A stretch of DNA of 63,150 nt, filler included, from a candidate division WOR-3 bacterium (GTDB lineage Bacteria > SDB-A), in assembly GCA_016934535.1 (NCBI GenBank). It is 3 parts of 3 records of this genome, joined end to end, with 100 filler letters (N's around TTAATTAATTAA, not from the genome) between each part and the next. Parts side by side here need not be neighbours in the genome. Positions count along the whole stretch, not along the records: positions 1 to 30,163 come from JAFGSQ010000029.1; positions 30,264 to 44,582 come from JAFGSQ010000030.1; 1 more part is not named here. One strand, 5' to 3'. The translations under genes and the position numbers were made by a program. This document shows, in pieces, positions 27,100 to 35,261 of this stretch (position 1 is its first letter; every line of letters starts with the position of its first letter). The notes beneath the pieces are model-generated. The model was given only the letters and a program-made list of their open reading frames with translations, was not told the DNA's origin and did no database searches.

Positions 27100-28140
27100 T
27101 CACTTCATTAATGGAAGAGTTATTGTGACTTCAGTTCCAGAGCCTTTATTGCTCTTGATGTCAATTTCTCCGGACATGCCGTCAATGATGGCTTTTACGA
27201 CGTTCAATCCCAGTCCGAATCCTTCCGGATAAGTAGAAAAGAAAGGCTCGAAAATGTCTTCCATCCGGTCTTTGTCAATTCCCACACCGTTGTCAGTGAT
27301 GTTTATCAGAAGACGACTTTCACTGTTTGTCATATAAAGTACTATAACACAAGGTCTCTTGCCTGACAATAGACAAGCTTGCGTAGAATTTTCAAGTATA
27401 TTGGATATCGCCTGAATCAACTCGTCGGGTTCGCCGTAAATTTTGGCTTCTTTTGCCTCGTTACTGTAATAGAGCTGGATTTCTTTGTTTTTTGAAAATT
27501 CACAGGTCTCTATCCATTCATCGAGAAGTATTTTGACGTCGTAAACGACTTCTTTTCTCGAGCTGGGTTTTGACAGTTTTTTTGCTGAGCCGATCAGTTT
27601 TGTCATTCTCGCGACCTGCTTTGAAACTTTTTCTTCCATCTGTTTTATTGATTCCTGGACTTCATGAGGCACTTTCCTGTTCTGGGCGACGTGTCTTTCT
27701 GACAACTGGACACATCCCTTTATTATGGTCAGGGGGTTGCTCAGTTCGTGGATGAGTTTTGAATAAAATTCAAGCATTGAAAGATAATTTTTTGAAAGCT
27801 CTTTACCGGTGTCGGCAAAGTTCATTCGCGATTCGTTCGGAAAATTCTTTTCCCTGTAACTTATTATGAAGTGGCTGTCGCATATCAGATTCGGGATCAC
27901 ATCTTCATTCAGTACTGTCAGTCGGAACTCTTTCCAGGATTTCTCGAGGATCTCTTTCAGCGATTCAAGCCCTTCGGTGCATCCGGAAGAGGCAAAAACA
28001 GGTTTTGAGTTTTTAAATACAATGTACGACTCTTCGTCCAGTATGAGTTTACCCTCGCATTTGATGCAGAAAATCATTACGAGGACATCGAGAAGAGAAA
28101 GGCGGTCAAGTTTTCCTTTGAGGATGAGATCATCTTTCAT
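27100..28140 (-). CDS. Cytoplasmic histidine kinase with N-terminal DUF4388(PATAN)-like domain
   Basis: H-box IHELSNPL, N-box NILENS, DNGVGI, FEPFFST, GFGLGL; N-terminal LKGKLDRLSLLDVL...GKL...IVFKN..PVFA; no TM. Confidence 0.85.
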   Translation of the reverse strand: MKDDLILKGKLDRLSLLDVLVMIFCIKCEGKLILDEESYIVFKNSKPVFASSGCTEGLESLKEILEKSWKEFRLTVLNEDVIPNLICDSHFIISYREKNFPNESRMNFADTGKELSKNYLSMLEFYSKLIHELSNPLTIIKGCVQLSERHVAQNRKVPHEVQESIKQMEEKVSKQVARMTKLIGSAKKLSKPSSRKEVVYDVKILLDEWIETCEFSKNKEIQLYYSNEAKEAKIYGEPDELIQAISNILENSTQACLLSGKRPCVIVLYMTNSESRLLINITDNGVGIDKDRMEDIFEPFFSTYPEGFGLGLNVVKAIIDGMSGEIDIKSNKGSGTEVTITLPLMK

Positions 28141-29551
28141 AAACGTCGTCGAAAGTTATCTCAAGAGTGGAATCCCCGGGTAAGGCGATAATTTCAACAT
28201 CATTGTTCAAAGAAAAGAACGTAAACAATGAATTTCTGATTATTTCAGAAAAATCATCCCGTCCTTCGAAAGTAAGAGCCGAATTAGGGTAAAAATCCAG
28301 TAAAAACTTTAGTTCCATAAGCCTCATCATGCCGGACGAAGAGAGGGTGGAATCTTCAAAGTCTTGAGTTTCAAAAATGAACCGTCCGTTTACGGGCAGG
28401 ATCGGCACTCTGACAGAGGTTGTTTTCTGAGGGGCTACGGCGGCTGTAAGGTAGTTATCGCTTTCGATGTAAAGAGTCTCGTTTTCATTGGCCGAGACAG
28501 AAGTGTCTGTGAATGAAAAAGAAAGATCGCGTCCTCTTATGTGCGAAAGGACAGGTTGTCCGGTAAAATAATCGTATACTGACAAATCATACAAGATGCT
28601 TTCGACGGATTGATCGAGAGTGAGTTCGAGGAAAACGTTCTGGTTTTTTCTCACCGAAACCGGCATGCTCAGAGCTCTGAATCCTTCTGAAACGACGTTC
28701 AGAGTGACAAAACCTGAAGGCACGTCGGTGAAGTTGAAAAAACCCGAGGAATCCGTGAAAATCTCGACAGGAGAATCGGATACAAGCGAGACCACGGCGT
28801 TTCGAACGGGTTCGCCGCCTTCTGATTTAACAGTGCCAGCAAGAGTGCCTGAACCTCTTACTGAAGAAGGATCTCTTATAAGACCGGCAAAAATTTTCGC
28901 ACCCAGGGTCCAGTCGGGACAGGAAGCCGGAAATTGCGAACCCAGGCGCACGGAAGTCAGTATTTCGAGTGAAAAATTTCCGAAAAATTCCGTGAGGATT
29001 CCGAATTTTACGAAAGAGTTGTCGAAGGAAAAAAACGGCGAATCTTTTCCGAACTGCTTTTCGATTTCCACGTAAGATCTGTTTGAAGTTTGAGTGAAAT
29101 AGAACCTTGAAGACAAGTATGGAAAAGATGTTGAGTCTCCCCAGAAGTAACCCGGAGAAAACAAAAATCCGCAGATCTTGTTTCTTTGAACGTCAGCGAG
29201 CAAGGATGCGGAGAAACCGTTATTTGAAACCGAGAAACTTGCTCCGAGATCTGTGAAAGCGCCCCCTGGCCCCCCTGCAACAAAATTGAAAAGAGGGGAC
29301 GCAGACGATTTTTTTTCTGTGTTTTCCAAAAAAAAACCTCCCGAAGTCCTCATGAACGAATTGATTTTCCATTCAAGAAGAGCACCTTCGGATAAAAAAT
29401 AATCCAGGGAATCGTCCATTTCACTCTGGCTGTAATACGACAGGGCGTTAATTCCTAAACGCCATCTCTTGCCGATTTCGGGCGTCAAAAAATCCGTGTG
29501 TGCGTGAAAGGAAGAAAAATGAGACAGAAATAGAAAAAAGAGAATCATCAA
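28130..29551 (-). CDS. Exported/outer-membrane protein with carboxypeptidase-regulatory-like Ig domain and degenerate OmpA-like end
   Basis: Signal peptide, beta-rich N half, GTLAGTV..GEPVRNAVV..TDSSGFFNF..VPSG.V.L.V..EGF. Confidence 0.65.
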   Translation of the reverse strand: MMILFFLFLSHFSSFHAHTDFLTPEIGKRWRLGINALSYYSQSEMDDSLDYFLSEGALLEWKINSFMRTSGGFFLENTEKKSSASPLFNFVAGGPGGAFTDLGASFSVSNNGFSASLLADVQRNKICGFLFSPGYFWGDSTSFPYLSSRFYFTQTSNRSYVEIEKQFGKDSPFFSFDNSFVKFGILTEFFGNFSLEILTSVRLGSQFPASCPDWTLGAKIFAGLIRDPSSVRGSGTLAGTVKSEGGEPVRNAVVSLVSDSPVEIFTDSSGFFNFTDVPSGFVTLNVVSEGFRALSMPVSVRKNQNVFLELTLDQSVESILYDLSVYDYFTGQPVLSHIRGRDLSFSFTDTSVSANENETLYIESDNYLTAAVAPQKTTSVRVPILPVNGRFIFETQDFEDSTLSSSGMMRLMELKFLLDFYPNSALTFEGRDDFSEIIRNSLFTFFSLNNDVEIIALPGDSTLEITFDDVYER

Positions 29552-30075
29552 GAAGTTGAAGCCGGAGGCGTTTGTTTGTGGGCTCCGATGTAAAGCCTCC
29601 TGAACTGTTCGTTGTCAACAATGGCTTTGTTTATAAGAAAAAGCGTTTCCACGTTTTCGTTTGCGTTTTGTATCCTTTCGCAAAGTTCTTCGGAGAGCGC
29701 TTTTAAAAACTTCGCGGCAGTTGAAGGAAATTTTTCCATTATGGCGTCGAGGTTTTCTTTTTTGAAGACGAGCATTTTTGCTTTGGTGAGCGTTTTAACC
29801 GTTGCGCTTCTCGGAAGATCAGTCAGGAGCGACATGTCTCCAACAAAACCGCCTGGAGTTAATTTGGCGAGGACGAGTAGAGTGTCTTCCCTCTGAAGAA
29901 GCACCTGAACGTCTCCTTCGACAATAATGTACATTTCCCTGCCGTTGTTTTTTTCCTGAACTATTACTTCGCCTTCGTTGAACGATTTCTCTGTCAGCTG
30001 ATTGGTAAGCACATCTATCTCGGAGTCCGAAAGGTATTTAAAAAGCGTAATTTTCCTTAGTATATCGTATTTCAT
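29548..30075 (-). CDS. Stand-alone cyclic-nucleotide-binding domain protein
   Basis: LF..LS..EI, F.EGEVIVQE, MYIIVEG.V, G..VGDMSLL..PRSATV; no HTH. Confidence 0.88.
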   Translation of the reverse strand: MKYDILRKITLFKYLSDSEIDVLTNQLTEKSFNEGEVIVQEKNNGREMYIIVEGDVQVLLQREDTLLVLAKLTPGGFVGDMSLLTDLPRSATVKTLTKAKMLVFKKENLDAIMEKFPSTAAKFLKALSEELCERIQNANENVETLFLINKAIVDNEQFRRLYIGAHKQTPPASTS

Positions 30076-30092
30076 TTTTCCTCCTGATTAAA

Positions 30093-30163
30093 TGAGTCGC
30101 GTGGGATTCGAACCCACGGCCCCCTGCTTAAAAGGCAGGTGCTCTACCTCCTGAGCTAGCGAC
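30093..30163 (-). tRNA. tRNA-Lys(UUU), 5' end clipped by the gap, CCA not encoded
   Basis: Minus strand GTCGCTAGCTCAGGAGGTAGAGCA-CCTGC-CTTTTAA-GCAGG-GGGCC-GTGGGTTCGAATCCCAC-GCGACTCA. Confidence 0.93.
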
Positions 30164-30263
30164 NNNNNNNNNNNNNNNNNNNNNNNNNNNNNNNNNNNNN
30201 NNNNNNNTTAATTAATTAANNNNNNNNNNNNNNNNNNNNNNNNNNNNNNNNNNNNNNNNNNNN
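30164..30263. other. Artificial contig linker
   Basis: 100 nt: N44-TTAATTAATTAA-N44 (stops in all frames). Confidence 0.97.
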
Positions 30264-30270
30264 AAAGCGC

Positions 30271-30299
30271 TTGAAAAAATTATATGAAAGTATTATAAT
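30271..30299 (+). promoter_or_regulatory. Sigma70-type promoter
   Basis: TTGAAA-17nt-TATAAT, followed by SD AAGGAGG. Confidence 0.7.
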
Positions 30300-30327
30300 C
30301 TGGTTCTAGGAAAAAAAGGAGGTTTCG

Positions 30328-30786
30328 ATGTTAAGATTTTATACGGCGGTCGTTTTTATTGCTCTGTTCAGTATCGGTTGCGGTAAAATGGTCGCGACGC
30401 CGGAGGTAGTTGTAAAAGAAATAAATCCCGAGATTTTTGTCGTGGCAGATTCGTCTTTCACGACTATTTCCGTGACAGTGAGAGTGACAAACGATGTCGA
30501 AGCGAGAGCTTTGAGGGCCGAATTCAGTTTCAGGAAAAATGACGGTTCGACAATTACAGGCGTAAACAACATAACCCGTTACATAGACGTTCTGATCCCG
30601 ACGGGAGAAGCAGGAGCGACAGCGCTGAATTCATATCCTGTCCCCACGGTTGAAATCAGAAATTACTTGATAGCCAATCCCACCGAACAGGTTTATCTTA
30701 ACATACGCATATCGGGCGAAGACGCATACGGTTACGAGAAAAATTGGAACTGTGAAGGCAAGATAAGCGTGACCACAAATCAGTGA
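30328..30786 (+). CDS. Hypothetical lipoprotein
   Basis: Lipobox FSIGC, strong SD, own promoter and terminator. Confidence 0.8.
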   Translation: MLRFYTAVVFIALFSIGCGKMVATPEVVVKEINPEIFVVADSSFTTISVTVRVTNDVEARALRAEFSFRKNDGSTITGVNNITRYIDVLIPTGEAGATALNSYPVPTVEIRNYLIANPTEQVYLNIRISGEDAYGYEKNWNCEGKISVTTNQ

Positions 30787-30806
30787 AAGAAATTTTAGCC
30801 TTTTTT

Positions 30807-30833
30807 AAAAAGAGCGGTTTTCCGCTCTTTTTT
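30807..30833 (+). terminator. Rho-independent terminator
   Basis: AAAAAGAGCGG-TTTT-CCGCTCTTTTTT. Confidence 0.82.
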
Positions 30834-30838
30834 AGTAT

Positions 30839-31750
30839 ATGAGAAAACCCAGAAAACTTGGGAAAAATTCAAAGATAGTACCCATCCTTCCGGCTGGTCC
30901 CCTGAAGGACAAACAAAGATTTTTTCTCGCAGTCAAGTATTTCGCCGAAAAAGGTTACAAAGTGGAGGATTTTGGTTTTGATGAGGAAACCTGGTATCTT
31001 TCGGCCGATGACGTCACGCGGAAAAGATCGCTTCTTAAAGCTTTCGAAGATCCGGAGACTGGTATGATAATTGGAATACGAGGCGGTTACGGATGTTCGA
31101 GGATAGCCGATGATATTTTCCGTTCAAATGAACTGAGTTTTTTTAACGGAATTTTCTGCGGATTTTCAGACTTGACTGTTCTTTCGCTCGTGTTGCTCAA
31201 AAAAGGACTCGTAAATTTTTACGGACCCATGCTTTCTGCCGACTTCGGGAAAAATCCATCCGATTTCTCTTTTGATTTTCTCGAAAGAATGGCGACGGGA
31301 AAGTGCACCGGTGTTCACAGATTTCCGGACGGATGGAAAAGCGTCGTATCGGGTAAATCTGAGGGCGTGTTGACTGGAGGGTGTCTTTCGCTCATACAGA
31401 CATCCATAGGAACTGAATACGAAATTGAAACGGAAGGGAAAATACTCGCCTTTGAAGACACCGGAGAGTCCCCATACAGGATTGACAGAATTCTCACTCA
31501 TCTAAAAGCCGCCGGTAAATTCGACGGCGTAAAAGGCGTCCTTGTGGGAAAATTTGCTTCCTGCCCGGACCAGCCGCCTTCATGCGATGAAGTTGTCGCT
31601 GAAAGGCTATCTTCATTGAATTGCCCCGTGATAACAGGAGCCGATTTCGGGCACGTTCCCGACAAGATAACCCTGCCTCTCGGCGTACTGGTGAGTATTG
31701 ATTCTGTCAAAGGTGAAATTGAATTTGTCGAAAATGCTGTGGAGGGTTGA
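30839..31750 (+). CDS. LD-carboxypeptidase (peptidase S66)
   Basis: RGGYG, GFSD (catalytic Ser), GGCL, EDTGE, FGH. Confidence 0.9.
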   Translation: MRKPRKLGKNSKIVPILPAGPLKDKQRFFLAVKYFAEKGYKVEDFGFDEETWYLSADDVTRKRSLLKAFEDPETGMIIGIRGGYGCSRIADDIFRSNELSFFNGIFCGFSDLTVLSLVLLKKGLVNFYGPMLSADFGKNPSDFSFDFLERMATGKCTGVHRFPDGWKSVVSGKSEGVLTGGCLSLIQTSIGTEYEIETEGKILAFEDTGESPYRIDRILTHLKAAGKFDGVKGVLVGKFASCPDQPPSCDEVVAERLSSLNCPVITGADFGHVPDKITLPLGVLVSIDSVKGEIEFVENAVEG

Positions 31751-33091
31751 ATGGGCGGCGATTCTGAAATGATAAAAAACAATCTAATCAGAATTAAAGT
31801 CGCGGGTCCGAGGGACAGCGTAAAAATATCATTTCCAGGAAACGACGGGCATAGGTTTTCCGGAGACTGCGAGTTCAGGAATTCACGGGAAAAAATTCTT
31901 ATGAAAGAGAGAATATTTTCTTCGCCGCTGAGGATCGAGAGCTGTTTTTCAGTCGTAAGGGGGATCAAGGTCGGCGAGTCTTTTCACTGGGAGCACGAAG
32001 AAGATCACGCCTTTCGAGGGACTTTGGAACTCGTTTCGTCTTCTCGCGGCATAACGGTTATAAACGAAATCCCGTTAGAATATTACATCGCCTCGGTTGT
32101 CGGATCCGAAATGAAATCCCGGTGTCCCGCCGAGTTTTTAAAAGTTCAGGCGATTGTAGCAAGATCCTCCGCCTTCAGCATGTCGAAGAGCCTTCACGCC
32201 GGTGAAAACTTCAATCTTTGCGCGGACGATCATTGCCAGGACTATCGCGGTGTACTGAGAGAAACAGATAAAATACTTTCCGCCGTTTCCCATACCGCAG
32301 GAAAATTTCTCATCTACGGCGACGAAATTGCCGACTGCAGGTTTTCAAAAATGTGCGGAGGCGTGACCGTGAAATTCCAGGACGCATGGGGCGGAGACCG
32401 GGCACATTCCTACATGCCTGAAAAATGGGACAGTATTGAAGAAAATCCGGAATGCAAAAGTTTGCGGCATTACGTCGAAGGCTCATTTCCGGGCATCCTT
32501 TGCGCTCCTTCATCGAGCGACCTTAAAGAATTCTCATACGCCTCGGAATATTTCAGGTGGGAGAAGAAAATAGGCAAAGAAGAGGTTTCGGAAAATCTCG
32601 CTCTGGCCGGGCATTCTATAGGAAGAGTGATTTCGGCTGTACCGCTCGAAGTGACTCCCTCATTCAGGGTAATTAAAGTAAAATTCAAGGGCGAACGCGG
32701 AGAGTGCTTTGTTTCCGGTGAACTGAATGTGCGCAAAATCTTCTCGCACTCGACTCTTCCGTCGGCCTCATTTTATTTGACTGACGAAGGAGACAATTGG
32801 ATTTGCCGCGGCGCGGGGTGGGGTCACGGTGTAGGAATGTGCCAGATAGGAGCCATGAACCTGGCCGCGAAGGGATTCGATCATAAATTTATTTTGAGGC
32901 ATTATTTTCCGGGATGCAGAATCCTGAAAATCTACGAAAGCGTTGATCTGAGCAGATTCAGTTGGGCAGAAAAAAGACCCTGCTATGAGATGGCAAATTG
33001 CTACGAACTGCACAGATGTCCGCACGGAGATAAAGGAGACGGCCCGGAAAACTGCCGGGGGAACCCTTCGGAGTTGAAAAAGGAGAGTTGA
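31751..33091 (+). CDS. SpoIID/LytB-domain peptidoglycan hydrolase
   Basis: INEIPLEYYIASVVGSEM, KVQAIVARS, CADDHCQDY, GAGWGHGVGMCQIGA. Confidence 0.88.
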   Translation: MGGDSEMIKNNLIRIKVAGPRDSVKISFPGNDGHRFSGDCEFRNSREKILMKERIFSSPLRIESCFSVVRGIKVGESFHWEHEEDHAFRGTLELVSSSRGITVINEIPLEYYIASVVGSEMKSRCPAEFLKVQAIVARSSAFSMSKSLHAGENFNLCADDHCQDYRGVLRETDKILSAVSHTAGKFLIYGDEIADCRFSKMCGGVTVKFQDAWGGDRAHSYMPEKWDSIEENPECKSLRHYVEGSFPGILCAPSSSDLKEFSYASEYFRWEKKIGKEEVSENLALAGHSIGRVISAVPLEVTPSFRVIKVKFKGERGECFVSGELNVRKIFSHSTLPSASFYLTDEGDNWICRGAGWGHGVGMCQIGAMNLAAKGFDHKFILRHYFPGCRILKIYESVDLSRFSWAEKRPCYEMANCYELHRCPHGDKGDGPENCRGNPSELKKES

Positions 33092-33095
33092 AACA

Positions 33096-35261
33096 ATGAA
33101 AAAAATCGCAATTATTGTTTTTTCAGTTTTTCTTGTCAATTGTGCGACATGCCTTTTATTTGCCGGCACTGATGAAATCGGCGAAGCTTTCCGCAGAGGA
33201 GACGTTCTCCTAGCAAGAGATCTTCTTTCGTACGAGAATGAATTCGAAAGATCTTCGTCCGAGTATTGTGTATGGGCGGCTTGCGTCTATCTGTCAATGA
33301 ACGCTTATGACAGCAGTTTGTTCTGGGCGAAGAAGATCTCAGACAAGAGCATTTTGGCCGTCGAAATTTCGGGACCTCTTTTCAGATACGACAACACTTT
33401 CAGAGGTCAATACGCGGATTTTGCCGAAGCTGTAGAGGCTTTCGAAAGAAGAGACTACAAAATAGCGGTGGATAGATTTATACGAATCAGCGCTTCCGGA
33501 GGCGTACCGATTTGTATAGAAGATTATGCGGATTACTTTATATTCTGTTCGTATCTCATGACGGGAGACACCGCATCGGCCCTATCGACCGGGGAGAAAT
33601 TTATCGAAGAACACTCTACGTTGCTTAATCCCTACGTGTCGGGAGATCTGGCGCAGATTTACCTTTCCAGGGGAGACATTTACGAAGCCGTTCGCCATTT
33701 TAGACACTCATCGCTTGACGATGGTGAAAAGTTCAGAGCCGGAAAAATATTTCTTTCTCTGGGGGACACAGTGTCAGCGATTCATTATCTTACTGAATTG
33801 CTGCCTTCGGCGAATGAATTTTCTGACAGCGCGTGGTCGCTTCTCATTTCACTCGGTGAAACCGACACCCTCGCAAGAGCCCGTTCCCTTGAAAGCTCGA
33901 GGAAATATGAACAGTTGGTCAGCCTTCTCGAGCCTTACGTTCTCTCAAACTGGTCCGATTCCGAGGCTTCTTTAATTCTCGGGAGAGCTTTGAGAAGGCT
34001 TTCCAGGCACTCAGACGCAGTTTTATACCTCGAGAATGCCGCAAAAAGTTCTCTGAGAAGAACCGCCCTTTACAATCTCGGTTTGTGCTTCAGATCCCTG
34101 GGCAAAAAATCCGAAGAAGAGGCGGTTTGGTCTTCGTTCGTGTCCGAATTTCAGACGGGAGATCTTTACGATGACGCACTAGTCTATCTTGCAGAATTGA
34201 AAATAGGCAAAGGCGATAGAACGGAAGCCATAAGATTGCTGAAAACTGTTTTTGAGTCTCCTCATTCAAACGACATGATTCAAAAAGCCGCAGACATTAT
34301 GTTTAAATTGCTGGACACACGCGAAACAGCCGAATTTGGCGAATACGTTTCCGGCCTCAGGATTACGGAGCGCAACGTTTCATTGGTCTATACTACGGCT
34401 CTGAAGATGAGTCCTGATAAAGCCGCCGAAATTTTCAGAAAAATCGGAACCTCACTGCCAAACAGTGATTACGCGAGAAGATCTGAAAGGCGTCTCACTG
34501 AGATGGAAATCAACGTGATTCCGCTTTCGATCGATTTTGCAAAAACCGTCGAAGAGGCTCTTTCAGACTATCAGATGAGAGAAAACGCCGCGAAAGCATG
34601 CGAGAGAGCAAAATTTCTTTACGCTTTCGGCCTGAGAACTTGGGCAAGAAAAGAACTGGAAACCGTCGCATCCGCCAACCCGCTCGAAAAATTTTTAATG
34701 GCCAAAACAGCTGCCGCAGGCCTCGACAGATATAAATCGATAGTATACGCGTCTTCTGTGAGAAGTCAGATAGGAGAGCCTTGTCCTTCCGAGCTTTTTT
34801 TTATGATTTATCCTCAGGCGTACAGACTGGCAATAGAAAACGCCGCTGAAAGGTTTTCTCTTGATATTTATTGGCTTCAGGGACTTGTCAGAACGGAAAG
34901 TCTTTTCGACGAAAGTGTAATATCCTGGGCAGGGGCAGTCGGTTTGGCTCAGTTGATGCCTGCGACTGCAAACCAGGTGGCTTCGACTCTCGGGATTCGT
35001 TCTTACTCGTTGACTGATCCGGACGACAATCTCACGTTCGGAGCAAAATATCTTTCCGATCAGCTTTCGAACTTTAAAAAAATTGAAATCGCTCTGGCCG
35101 CATACAACGCAGGACCGGGGAATGCGAGGAAATGGATTTGCGCCGGAGGAGGAGAAGAAGAATACATATCCAACATAGGATTCGCCGAAACAAGAGCGTA
35201 CGTGCCGAAAGTCCTGACTTCCGCCTGGATATACAGGAAAATTGACGGGAGGGTTTTTTGA
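33096..35261 (+). CDS. Slt70-like soluble lytic transglycosylase with TPR repeats
   Basis: Signal peptide, TPR helices, C-terminal RTES / GLAQLMPATA / AYNAG / ETRAYV. Confidence 0.88.
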   Translation: MKKIAIIVFSVFLVNCATCLLFAGTDEIGEAFRRGDVLLARDLLSYENEFERSSSEYCVWAACVYLSMNAYDSSLFWAKKISDKSILAVEISGPLFRYDNTFRGQYADFAEAVEAFERRDYKIAVDRFIRISASGGVPICIEDYADYFIFCSYLMTGDTASALSTGEKFIEEHSTLLNPYVSGDLAQIYLSRGDIYEAVRHFRHSSLDDGEKFRAGKIFLSLGDTVSAIHYLTELLPSANEFSDSAWSLLISLGETDTLARARSLESSRKYEQLVSLLEPYVLSNWSDSEASLILGRALRRLSRHSDAVLYLENAAKSSLRRTALYNLGLCFRSLGKKSEEEAVWSSFVSEFQTGDLYDDALVYLAELKIGKGDRTEAIRLLKTVFESPHSNDMIQKAADIMFKLLDTRETAEFGEYVSGLRITERNVSLVYTTALKMSPDKAAEIFRKIGTSLPNSDYARRSERRLTEMEINVIPLSIDFAKTVEEALSDYQMRENAAKACERAKFLYAFGLRTWARKELETVASANPLEKFLMAKTAAAGLDRYKSIVYASSVRSQIGEPCPSELFFMIYPQAYRLAIENAAERFSLDIYWLQGLVRTESLFDESVISWAGAVGLAQLMPATANQVASTLGIRSYSLTDPDDNLTFGAKYLSDQLSNFKKIEIALAAYNAGPGNARKWICAGGGEEEYISNIGFAETRAYVPKVLTSAWIYRKIDGRVF

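Noticed and set aside
30164-30263. TTAATTAATTAA palindrome within N runs (also 44583-44682)
   Set aside because: Identical artificial contig spacer; not biological, and no linkage across it can be inferred
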